A stretch of DNA of 54,263 nt from an uncultured Candidatus Saccharibacteria bacterium (GCA_964585985.1 CAZPFV010000001.1:29199-83461), one strand, 5' to 3'. Shown: positions 35,301 to 43,388, numbered from the stretch's first letter. Numbers and translations: made by a program. The notes: generated from the sequence alone by a model not told the origin.

Positions 35301-38299
35301 CCACTACCGATCCTATTTTTGTGATTGGGATAGGATCAGATCCCTCAAACAGAGCTAATGCTATGACAGTACTAAAAAATGGTAATGTGGGGATAGGGGC
35401 TACTAATCCTCAAGCTATGTTTACAGTTGGTGCTACATCTCAGTTTAGGGTAGATAGTAATGGAAATTTAACAAGAATAAATAATGTACCATATTCATGG
35501 CCTAGTAGTAACACTTCTGGAGTACTTGCAAATAACGGAAGTGGAACATTAACATGGTCCTCATTAGCAAGTTTAGGAGTAGTAACAGGAAGTGGTACAG
35601 GTGGTGGAACGGCAGGTCAGGTGACATGGTGGAATGGTACTTCTATGATAACAGGGAGTAATACTCTTTGGTGGAATGATTCGAGTGGTCGATTAGGAAT
35701 AGGTACTACTAACCCACAGGCATCTTTAGATATTGCAGGGGCAACTTCTACTATATCAAATGCTAGTGGGAATATAACGATTACTCCTGCAAGTAATTTA
35801 ATTGTAAGTCAGGGAAATGTAGGGATAGGTGTCTCTTCACCGACTAATAAATTACAGTTAGCTGCAGCTACAGCAACAACTGGGGGTATTGGATTTGGCA
35901 CAGATGTCATACTGTATCGTTCAGCTGCGAATATATTATCTCTTGGAACAGGTGATACTCTTAATTTAGTATCTGGAGCTCTTAGTATAGCTAGTACAAA
36001 TGTTATTACTTCTGGAAGACTAGTATTAGCAAATAATGGTACAGCTGCTGCTCCTTCTTTCTCATTTGCAAGTGATCCTGATAACGGAATGTATCGTGCA
36101 ACTACAGATGCCTTAGCCTTCTCAACAGCAGGAACAGAGAGAATGAGGATATTAGCAAATGGGAATGTGGGGATTGGTGTTTCTTCACCGACTAATAAAT
36201 TACAGTTAGCTGCAGCTACAACAACAACTGGGGGTATTGGATTTGGCACAGATGTAATACTGTATCGTTCAGCTGCGAATATATTATCTCTTGGAACAGG
36301 GGACACTCTTAATTTAGTATCCGGAGCTCTTAGTATAGCTAGTACAAATGTTATTACTTCCGGAAGACTAGTATTAGGAAATAATGGTACAGCTGCTGCC
36401 CCTTCTTTCTCATTCGCAAGTGATCCTGATAACGGAATGTATCGTGCAACTACAGATGCCTTAGCCTTCTCAACAGCCGCAACAGAGAGAATGAGGATAT
36501 TAGCTAATGGGAATATAAAGATGGGGGAGAATTTGGCTTTAGGAGGTGTACAGCCGACTACAAATGTTGCGCTTAGAGTAGGAGGGAACTCTGCTGTAAT
36601 CGCATTAATAGGCTCAAATAATCCTGCTCCTGCTTCAGGGGCAAATGAGATCTATTCACAAGGGATCGAAGTAGGAACTGGAGATGGAGCTTCAAAGACA
36701 GTCAATAATCTTGCAATAAAGAGTTGGTATGGAATCGGTTTTTGGAATACAGTTGCCGCTGGTGGTAGAACAGATGCTGCAACGATTTGGTTTGATGTGA
36801 GAACTGGCTCTGCATATGCTATGGGAAATTGGAATGCAAATCAGGGTGACTTGGCAGAGGTAATGACTAAGGATGCAAATGAAATTCTTCTCCCAGGTGA
36901 TATTGTTCAGATATCATCTCAACAAAGTAAAAATATTACTATTGCAGATGAATCATATTCTTCAAAAATTATAGGTGTAATTTCAACTGCTCCTGGATTT
37001 GCGATGTCTTCTGACAATGGGGATCCAACGAAAGGCATATTATCAGACGAAGACAATCCAGAGAAGGCATTTGTTGGATTAATAGGCAAAATCCCTGTAA
37101 AAGTTGTTTTAACAAACGGAAATATCAATCAAGGGGCTCCTGTTACAGCCTCTTCTTTACCAGGTTTTGGAATAAGAGCAACGAAAGAGGGAACTATTAT
37201 TGGAAAGGCTTTAGAGTCAACAGAAGAGTGGAATACACAGACTTGCTCTTCTGTGAGTAGTATTAATGTGATTGAATGGCCTGCAGATGATGGCTCTAAC
37301 CCAACTAAACCCTGCTTTAAGTTACCTGATGGTACTATTGTTGGAAAAATAATGGTCTTTGTTAATGTAAGTTGGTATAACCCCTCAGTAACATATACTA
37401 GTACAATAACAAATGATTCCTCTGATGAAAAACTTAAAAATATTACAGGAGAATATACAAGGGGACTAACAGAACTCTTAATGCTAAACCCTATCCTTTA
37501 CTCTTGGAATGAACTCTCCGGAATGGAAATGGAAAATACATACGCTGGCTTTAGTGCACAAAATGTACAACAAGCCATACCAGAAGCAGTAGGACTAGAT
37601 CAAAGAGGATACCTCTCTCTAAATGACAGACCTATACTAGCAGCAACAGTTAATGCAATAAAGGAACAACAAGAAATGATATCAACCCTTAATTCAAGTA
37701 TATCCACACTCTCTGGAACTACTCTTAATTCAACCTCCTCTATAGGGGAGAATATCCGCTTTAATGTAGAGAGTAAAACATTGCAATTTACCAATGACGG
37801 AGAGGTATGGTATGAGTTTGCAGAGAAACAATCAATGATGCTACTAACAAGTAGAGTAGAAAATCTTGAAACAAAAATAGCTAATATCGATACTACAAAC
37901 AGTATTAATACAGAAAACATACTTAAAGTGAAATTAAATAATGAGGGTAATATAGAATTACTAGGAGGAAATATATTAATGGAAGGAAATGGAACATTAA
38001 GCATAAAGAAACTAAAAATGGAAGAGGAATACAGTATAGGGAGTGCTAAATTAACTTCCAATCAATTAAGTATAACTATTAATACAAAAGGTGTTACAAA
38101 AGACTCCAAAGTATTTGTAAATCCAACCTCTGACACATACAACAAGGTGCTATATGTCACTGATATTAAAGAAGGTGAGTCATTCCGTGTAAATATTAAT
38201 GAGGCCATAGACAAAGATATTACCTTCGACTGGTTCATCATTGATAGTAAAAAATCTACAGAGGAAGTAATAGAAATAATTGAAGATGTAAAACCTTAG
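32351..38299 (+). CDS. 1982-aa membrane-anchored fibre/adhesin-like protein with tail-fibre-type modules and an S74-like intramolecular chaperone segment
   Basis: N-terminal TM IFLITLVFSFWGTYFL. Also present: LSFQGRLTN..LGITVG..IPRQKIVSSAYALNADTLDG, recurrent GNVGIG(T/V)xxP motifs, STAMGxxTxASGxx repeats, a 116-aa tandem duplication, and SSDEKLKNI..GFSAQNVQQAIPEAV..VNAIKEQQEMISTL. Confidence 0.85.
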   Translation: MPKIRVENKKKISFKPLHYSIFLITLVFSFWGTYFLNDFNWSKLLEGDVIRDDILGVTAPNMLSFQGRLTNRSDTPITTPTNVTFKIYNAPAGGTELWTGSCTITPDQDGIFDTLLGGTCGSSIPTSIFSTYVDTYLGITVGTDSEMIPRQKIVSSAYALNADTLDGFDSSQTPGMNNVVVLDPTGNLTFGTTSPVISSSGNLILSPSGNVGINISNPASLLHVNEGNVLITGADKKLIVEQSRGSDTNFTSLWVGTTLALFQYPDDIKFGIQAASGQNDSGGSGYSLMSFGSTRNTMFGDMLASQSDPGHRVTIKGSTSSNGNGALSVLNSSDNSLLFVRNDGNVGIGTSTPSAALDVVGDIKASGTIRNVTVHGTVGTAAATAAKVVNIPNYTLTTGDLLSITFTLGNSVSAATLNVNSTGPNNIRLGNTNVTTTNMTLAAGSTVLMYFDGTYFQIMGSQRVSDSNTYDRTYWNNAITAGTAIYDYKLIMQAPDGKWYPLTLEEGTSTTKTVSTQPFTINSPILYYATTTNVAANGTFSNVYSEIPMANLRYTANSSSWTNQKPIYLKGTINSSGNFVLDNTTYDSFITQTLPTSADGFVYILLGQMYSTTAMRLFQYHPIYEYKAGRVQPYGAGSTTFAGLTDTPNSYFGNGGYLVRVNAGATGLEFVESSTFIDTNDYVDSVSFNSTNGVLTLGRTGILPDLTTNLDGRYLQSFTEADTLQTVTDRGATTTIASTFSTSIRTPLLIGNNSLGIRAGANSTTAIQLQNASGTSILNVDTTNSRVGIGTTSPVTKLHIADDGGILAQGIYESGWDGGSLGQGSRLMWIPSKSAFRAGYVFGTRWDTANIGDFSVAMGHSTTASGQASTAMGNQTSASGDSSTAMGLVTTASGNYSTAMGEETFAGGESSVAMGLAANTSGYASIAMGNQTSASGYSSTAMGYESTASGDASTAMGRNTTAQAYASTVIGRYNVISGNTTTWTTTDPIFVIGIGSDPSNRANAMTVLKNGNVGIGATNPQAMFTVGATSQFRVDSNGNLTRINNVPYSWPSSNTSGVLANNGSGTLTWSSLASLGVVTGSGTGGGTAGQVTWWNGTSMITGSNTLWWNDSSGRLGIGTTNPQASLDIAGATSTISNASGNITITPASNLIVSQGNVGIGVSSPTNKLQLAAATATTGGIGFGTDVILYRSAANILSLGTGDTLNLVSGALSIASTNVITSGRLVLANNGTAAAPSFSFASDPDNGMYRATTDALAFSTAGTERMRILANGNVGIGVSSPTNKLQLAAATTTTGGIGFGTDVILYRSAANILSLGTGDTLNLVSGALSIASTNVITSGRLVLGNNGTAAAPSFSFASDPDNGMYRATTDALAFSTAATERMRILANGNIKMGENLALGGVQPTTNVALRVGGNSAVIALIGSNNPAPASGANEIYSQGIEVGTGDGASKTVNNLAIKSWYGIGFWNTVAAGGRTDAATIWFDVRTGSAYAMGNWNANQGDLAEVMTKDANEILLPGDIVQISSQQSKNITIADESYSSKIIGVISTAPGFAMSSDNGDPTKGILSDEDNPEKAFVGLIGKIPVKVVLTNGNINQGAPVTASSLPGFGIRATKEGTIIGKALESTEEWNTQTCSSVSSINVIEWPADDGSNPTKPCFKLPDGTIVGKIMVFVNVSWYNPSVTYTSTITNDSSDEKLKNITGEYTRGLTELLMLNPILYSWNELSGMEMENTYAGFSAQNVQQAIPEAVGLDQRGYLSLNDRPILAATVNAIKEQQEMISTLNSSISTLSGTTLNSTSSIGENIRFNVESKTLQFTNDGEVWYEFAEKQSMMLLTSRVENLETKIANIDTTNSINTENILKVKLNNEGNIELLGGNILMEGNGTLSIKKLKMEEEYSIGSAKLTSNQLSITINTKGVTKDSKVFVNPTSDTYNKVLYVTDIKEGESFRVNINEAIDKDITFDWFIIDSKKSTEEVIEIIEDVKP
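34913..35272 (+). repeat. about 8.5 tandem 42-nt (14-aa) repeats S(T/V/I)AMGxxTxASGxx, YadA-head/Hep_Hag-like
   Basis: SVAMGHSTTASGQA / STAMGNQTSASGDS / STAMGLVTTASGNY / STAMGEETFAGGES / SVAMGLAANTSGYA / SIAMGNQTSASGYS / STAMGYESTASGDA / STAMGRNTTAQAYA / STVIGRYN. Confidence 0.8.
35816..36511 (+). repeat. two tandem 348-nt (116-aa) copies, roughly 95% identical at DNA level, inside the fibre gene
   Basis: Copy 1 is 35816-36163 and copy 2 is 36164-36511 (NVGIGVSSPTNKLQLAAAT..ERMRILANG). I count about 15-17 mismatches by eye. Confidence 0.9.
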
Positions 38300-38300
38300 C

Positions 38301-38741
38301 CTATTCGGACAATGTATCCGTCTCTATATACACAGGAGCTATGTTCACGATTCTTTTCTCTTCTCTTCTGAAAATAATTGCCCTGTCCGAATATATAATC
38401 ATTATATCTCCCTCCTGTGCATCTTTATAAAAAATCTCATTTTCCTTTCTTAATTCAGAAATATCTACTAATTTGGCAACTGTGGGGTTCTCGCTCTCTG
38501 GCAATAATATAATCTCACTAAGTTCATCTAAAATATCCACTACCTCTCTCTGTTCAATATTACCCTGATTATCACCCTCCTTTTCAGTTAATCTGTTATA
38601 AACCAAATATCCTGCCCCAACACCAACTACGAAAATTATAATAATTAGGATTGTAAGCAGTAAAGATTTTACTTTACTATTATTAACAATAATCTCCTGT
38701 TTTTGATCTTGATTAATAATATTCAAATTACTTCTTATCAA
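38301..38741 (-). CDS. hypothetical single-pass membrane protein (146 aa)
   Basis: TM helix LLLTILIIIIFVVGVGAGYLVY. Convergent on the fibre gene, with 1 nt between the stops. Confidence 0.55.
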   Translation of the reverse strand: MIRSNLNIINQDQKQEIIVNNSKVKSLLLTILIIIIFVVGVGAGYLVYNRLTEKEGDNQGNIEQREVVDILDELSEIILLPESENPTVAKLVDISELRKENEIFYKDAQEGDIMIIYSDRAIIFRREEKRIVNIAPVYIETDTLSE

Positions 38742-39222
38742 ATTTAATAAACTTTATCTGATCAATACTTAATTTACCTAAATTCATATACATATCATAT
38801 ATCTTTTTAGGAGATATATCCCTATCTAGAAGCTCAATACATACATTTACAACACCAGGCTCTAATTGAATAGGTATAAGGACAACTGCATTAGAAGCTG
38901 TTTCTACAAAATACACCTTATGTTTTAACCTTTCATCATATGGGACATTTGAAACATTACAATGCTCAGAAAGCTCATTAAAAACCTCTTCATCTATAAT
39001 ATCTTTACTCCTAATTCTAACTAACTGAAAGGGGAGATCCTGATTGTGCAAAATATCTCTCATATGTTGATCAATTTCGATGAGAGTAATATCTTGAATA
39101 ATTTCCTCAACTCTTGGATTCCTTTCGTCACCATACATTAACACACTACTGAGTGGTGAAAGAATAATATCAGAGGGCTGTTGATTCTCACTTTTATCCT
39201 GATATTCTAAAGGTATTGGCAC
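38728..39222 (-). CDS. hypothetical protein (164 aa, GTG start uncertain)
   Basis: ORF overlaps the downstream gene by 14 nt. No recognisable motif. Confidence 0.45.
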   Translation of the reverse strand: MPIPLEYQDKSENQQPSDIILSPLSSVLMYGDERNPRVEEIIQDITLIEIDQHMRDILHNQDLPFQLVRIRSKDIIDEEVFNELSEHCNVSNVPYDERLKHKVYFVETASNAVVLIPIQLEPGVVNVCIELLDRDISPKKIYDMYMNLGKLSIDQIKFIKFDKK

Positions 39223-39234
39223 ATCTATATATAC

Positions 39235-40206
39235 TTAAATTAAATCCTCTACTTGATTAAGTAACTCTTTAAGAGAGCTTGTTGACATTAAACGAGCCCT
39301 AATTTCTTGCGAACCAGCAAAACTAGAAACATATGATTTAACAAATTTTTTCAACATACTGAAATTTTTTGTATCACCCCAAACCCTCTCAAACAGTAGA
39401 ATATGTTTTTTAAACATCTCATATGACTCTGAGATAGGGATATCCCTTCTATCAGCAAATAGCCAAGGATTATCCATTACAGCTCTACCAATCATTATGC
39501 CATCTACATCATATTTCTTTGCATGTTGGTGTGCATCTGAAAGAGATTGAATCCCACCATTACCAAATATCAAAGTATCTTTACCTAACTCATCTCTTAA
39601 CTTAATACAAGGCAAAATCTTACCCCAAGCCAACTCTTTTGATTTAAAACCAATAGCTGTTCTACAATGAAGAGTAAGAGCATCTAAATCTTGCTCAAGT
39701 AGAAATTTAATCCATTCTAAATCATAATCATCCCAACCCAATCTAGTTTTCACAGATACAGGTAACCCTTGTGCACCCTGCTTAACAGCCTCTATTATCT
39801 CCTTCACATACCCTCTATCTTCATTAATCATTCCACTACCATTACATTTTGAGATGACTTTTTTTACAGAACAACCCATATTGATATCTATACCATCAAA
39901 CCCCATACCCTTTATCATATGAGATACATAGTAGTAGTTGTTTGGATTACTTCCCCATAGCTGTGCAATCAATGGCTTTTCAGATTCATCATATTGCAAT
40001 CTCTGCATTACACTATCTCTTCCTTGTGAATTAATACCATCTACATTTACAAACTCTGTGTAAAAAAGATCTGGACTTTGTATAGAGGCAATAACCTGTC
40101 TAAAAACAGTATCTGTGACATCTTCCATTGGAGCTAGTGAAATGATAGGTTTTTTAAGTGTCTTATATACATTCATACCCTTGATTTTACCATAATAGTA
40201 GGGCAT
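39235..40206 (-). CDS. tRNA-dihydrouridine synthase
   Basis: LAPMEDVTDTVFRQV, IDINMGCS, PVSVKTRLGW and GIMIGRA are present, a typical Dus TIM-barrel pattern. Confidence 0.85.
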   Translation of the reverse strand: MPYYYGKIKGMNVYKTLKKPIISLAPMEDVTDTVFRQVIASIQSPDLFYTEFVNVDGINSQGRDSVMQRLQYDESEKPLIAQLWGSNPNNYYYVSHMIKGMGFDGIDINMGCSVKKVISKCNGSGMINEDRGYVKEIIEAVKQGAQGLPVSVKTRLGWDDYDLEWIKFLLEQDLDALTLHCRTAIGFKSKELAWGKILPCIKLRDELGKDTLIFGNGGIQSLSDAHQHAKKYDVDGIMIGRAVMDNPWLFADRRDIPISESYEMFKKHILLFERVWGDTKNFSMLKKFVKSYVSSFAGSQEIRARLMSTSSLKELLNQVEDLI

Positions 40207-40260
40207 CTTGAAAAAATCTACAATTTACAATAAACTTAGAGTGAAATTATTGCCCAAATT

Positions 40261-40665
40261 ATGACACAACAAAAAATATTAACAAATGGTGGAGGACAAC
40301 AGCTGTTAGATAGAAGTAAGGTAGATAATATCTTAAACATTGTTACACATATATTCAAAGAATTTCTTAACTGGTGGTACATTAAGATGAGTATCTGGCA
40401 TTTAAGAATGCTAGGGAGAATCTCTCTTGTACTAGATGACAACCTCTCCATATCTCTTCTCTTAAAGAATTTCTTCCTTCCTTGGCATAGGGATTTCTCT
40501 ATGATTGGATATGTATTTGGGATATTAATAAAAATACTGTACCTACCAATCGCAATATTTATATACCTACTGTTTACACTTCTTTACACCCTCCTAATTA
40601 TAACTTGGCTTGTATTACCCCCTGCAACCCTCCTATATATTTTAATATCTTTCTTTGGAATATAA
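40261..40665 (+). CDS. hypothetical membrane protein (134 aa), translationally coupled to the Clp ATPase gene
   Basis: C-terminal hydrophobic helices (IGYVFGILIKILYLPIAIFIYLLFTLLYTLLIITWLVL). Stop TAA 40663-40665 shares one base with ATG 40665-40667. Confidence 0.55.
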   Translation: MTQQKILTNGGGQQLLDRSKVDNILNIVTHIFKEFLNWWYIKMSIWHLRMLGRISLVLDDNLSISLLLKNFFLPWHRDFSMIGYVFGILIKILYLPIAIFIYLLFTLLYTLLIITWLVLPPATLLYILISFFGI

Positions 40666-43382
40666 TGGCAATAGATTACGGATGGCAAAATAGAACAGTA
40701 TTAGGTCACCACGAAAAAGACAGTAATAGAGTGGAATTAATTGAAAAAGAACTCCCCATACTTACTAGAGAATCCGATGCTCTTTTTTTGGTTTCTAGAG
40801 ATCAATTCTTTACAGTATCTACACTTCAAATATCAAATGTCTTAGCTAACTATCTTAAATACAAAAAAACAAATAACAAACTTAGATTGATATCTAACAT
40901 TGCACTAGTTCCGGGGCTTTTCATAGCATTAGGATATCTTCTTCGACAGTTAAATTTGCTAGAAAATTTTACTTTTCTTAACAGCTTTCTCTCCAGCAAT
41001 ATTGCAAACATACTCTTTGGAATATCAATCTTTAATGTCTTCTTTCTTTGGTATGACTACTTCAAAGATAAAAGTCATCCAGTGCGACTCCCTAAAGCTG
41101 AGAAAATCTCTCTAAATGACTTAGAGGAGATACGAAATAGTGGATTTAAGTTTGGGAGATATGCACATCTTGAAGCGATTACATTTGTAGATGAAGATAC
41201 ATTAGATATACTTTGTAATAATACAAAAAATTTTGAAATTGAGATTTCAAATGTATTTACAGATTTAATTGTACGACCTGAAATACAAGAGATATTTAAA
41301 AGGGCAAACATCTCTATAACGGAAGATATTTTTAAACAGAATGATGTTACTAAAGAGACCTTACCCAAATACTCCTACACCGCTATAAGGAGCTTAATAA
41401 TATATTCTCTAAATGAAGCACTTCTAACCTCATCAACTGAGATACAACCTAAACATCTACTTCTCGCTCTCTTTAATGTATTTCCTGTATTAAGACAGGT
41501 ATTACTTACTCAAAATTCATCAGTAGATGTACTTAGAGAGGTTGTAAGATATCAATCTTACGAGTATCAAAAGAGAAAGAAAGGGAATACATTTAATCTC
41601 ACTGTTCCATACTTTAAAAAGGGCGGAGTAGCTAAAAACTGGATTTATGGATATACATATATACTTAGTCATTTTACGAAAAATTTAAACGAAGAGATAA
41701 TATCTGATAGGGATATTTACGGCATCGGCCATGATGATGAAATAGAGGCATTAATATCAGTGCTAGGTAAGGTGTCTAACCGAAATGCCCTCTTCATCGG
41801 AGAGCCTGGAGTTGGGAAGTCCAGTATTGTTCTTGGGGTAGCACAAAAAATTAATAGTGGAGATGTACCTATTCAGATTAAAGATAAAAGGATCCTTAAA
41901 TTTGATATTAATGGTCTCATTGCACAATCTTCAAAAGAAAGGAATCTTGAATTACTAATATCTAAATCTATGAAAGAGCTAGAGAATGCACAAGACGTAA
42001 TTCTGTATATTGATGAAATGCAGGAATTAATACCCTCTAAGGCAAGTGAGAGTGGACACTCCCTTGCTGGTATCTTACTACCATATATATTAAACAGTAA
42101 ATTCCCAATACTGGGTACTGTCAATTACTCTGATTACAAAAAATATTTCTACAGTATGGAGTCACTAAGACAATCCTTTACAAATATTGAAATAAAGGAG
42201 ATCTCTGCTGCAGATGCTCTTAAAATTTTGGAAACCAAAGTGTCGCAGTTAGAGCGAAATTTTGGAATATATCTTACATTCCCTGCACTAATCAGTGCAG
42301 TTGAGTTAGCCCAAAGATACAACAGAGAGAGGAAACTACCAAGTAGTGCTGTACAGCTAATTGAAGAAGCATGCTCCTGGTCTCAAACTAGTGGGGTAAG
42401 GATTGTAACCGAAGAACATGTATCTAAGGTTCTCTCTAACCAAAAAGGTATCCCTATTGGTAATGTAAACGCACAGGAGAGTACCCGACTAATGAAGCTA
42501 GAGGAGAATATGAAAGTAAAGATTGTAGGGCAAGAGGAGCCCATTAACGCCCTTATAGAGGCTCTCAGAAGAGCCCATGTTGATATTAGAAACCCTAACA
42601 AGCCAATCGGTTCATTTCTCTTTTTGGGCCCCACTGGAGTCGGTAAAACACATATATCTAAAGTACTTGCAGAGGAGTATTTTGGCAGTGCCTCAAATAT
42701 GGTAAGAGTTGATATGTCTGAATACAAGGATATTAATAGTGTAGAGAAATTCTTAGGAGGAAGCTCAGATGGAAGTATTTTGAGCAAATCGTCAATATCT
42801 TTGATAGACAAGATAAAGAGTAACCCATACTCCGTTGTACTCTTTGATGAAATGGAGAAGGCACATCCCCAAATACTAGACCTCTTCTTACAAATCTTTG
42901 ATGAAGGCAGACTCACTAGTACTCTGGGTGAGACGGTTGATTTTACCCACAGCATAATAATATGTACAAGTAATATTGGTAGTAATATCTTGTTAGAGTC
43001 TCTTTCTGATTCTCAAACAACCTGGGAAGAGGCCAAGGACAGGGTACTAATTGAATTACGACAAGCTATAAAGCCGGAATTGCTAAATAGGTATGATAAG
43101 GTGATAGTATTCCATCCTCACGATGTAAAGAATCTATCTCAAATCTCTGAATTACTGCTAGGAGAGCTAGCTACTAGACTAAATGAAAAAAGTATTAAGC
43201 TTAAATGGAGTAGTGTAATACCTCAATTAATAGCAAGTAAAGCAAATGAACCTGGTTTAGGTGCAAGACCAATTAAAAGATATATACAGGACCATATAGA
43301 GGGTAATATCGCAAAAGAGATGGTGGAGGGAAAAATTATCGCTGGACAAGAGATAGAGGTCAAAGAGAGTTGGATAGTATAA
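40665..43382 (+). CDS. two-ring Hsp100/Clp AAA+ ATPase with an N-terminal double-TM membrane anchor
   Basis: TM helices ISNIALVPGLFIALGYLL and IANILFGISIFNVFFLW. Clp_N-like HLLLALFNVFPVLRQVL. Walker A GEPGVGKSS and GPTGVGKTH. Walker B ILYIDEMQ and VVLFDEMEKA. I prefer ATG 40665 over the track start 40605. Confidence 0.85.
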   Translation: MAIDYGWQNRTVLGHHEKDSNRVELIEKELPILTRESDALFLVSRDQFFTVSTLQISNVLANYLKYKKTNNKLRLISNIALVPGLFIALGYLLRQLNLLENFTFLNSFLSSNIANILFGISIFNVFFLWYDYFKDKSHPVRLPKAEKISLNDLEEIRNSGFKFGRYAHLEAITFVDEDTLDILCNNTKNFEIEISNVFTDLIVRPEIQEIFKRANISITEDIFKQNDVTKETLPKYSYTAIRSLIIYSLNEALLTSSTEIQPKHLLLALFNVFPVLRQVLLTQNSSVDVLREVVRYQSYEYQKRKKGNTFNLTVPYFKKGGVAKNWIYGYTYILSHFTKNLNEEIISDRDIYGIGHDDEIEALISVLGKVSNRNALFIGEPGVGKSSIVLGVAQKINSGDVPIQIKDKRILKFDINGLIAQSSKERNLELLISKSMKELENAQDVILYIDEMQELIPSKASESGHSLAGILLPYILNSKFPILGTVNYSDYKKYFYSMESLRQSFTNIEIKEISAADALKILETKVSQLERNFGIYLTFPALISAVELAQRYNRERKLPSSAVQLIEEACSWSQTSGVRIVTEEHVSKVLSNQKGIPIGNVNAQESTRLMKLEENMKVKIVGQEEPINALIEALRRAHVDIRNPNKPIGSFLFLGPTGVGKTHISKVLAEEYFGSASNMVRVDMSEYKDINSVEKFLGGSSDGSILSKSSISLIDKIKSNPYSVVLFDEMEKAHPQILDLFLQIFDEGRLTSTLGETVDFTHSIIICTSNIGSNILLESLSDSQTTWEEAKDRVLIELRQAIKPELLNRYDKVIVFHPHDVKNLSQISELLLGELATRLNEKSIKLKWSSVIPQLIASKANEPGLGARPIKRYIQDHIEGNIAKEMVEGKIIAGQEIEVKESWIV

Positions 43383-43388
43383 TTGCTG

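Noticed and set aside
34913-36511. Possible CRISPR array or non-coding tandem repeat
   Set aside because: The repeats are in frame within a long ORF and have no unique spacers of constant length. Their periods are 42 nt and 348 nt, and they encode protein repeats.
35816-36511. Diversity-generating retroelement template/variable repeat pair
   Set aside because: The mismatches between the copies are not confined to adenines. The copies are directly adjacent, and no reverse transcriptase gene is present in the window.
32404-38061. Several long antisense ORFs inside the fibre gene (32404-33120, 34393-34740, 34913-35239, 35809-36306, 36919-37128, 37600-38061)
   Set aside because: They lie opposite a clearly coding frame with recognisable domains. 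Their translations are low-complexity mirror images of the Gly/Ser/Thr/Ala-rich repeats (for example HCCGSISTGG reiterated).
32351-38299. Prophage or tail-fibre remnant, given the S74-like chaperone and tail-fibre-like modules
   Set aside because: There are no capsid, portal, terminase, baseplate, lysis or integrase genes on either side. The protein has an N-terminal membrane anchor, and its neighbours are cellular surface-protein and housekeeping genes.
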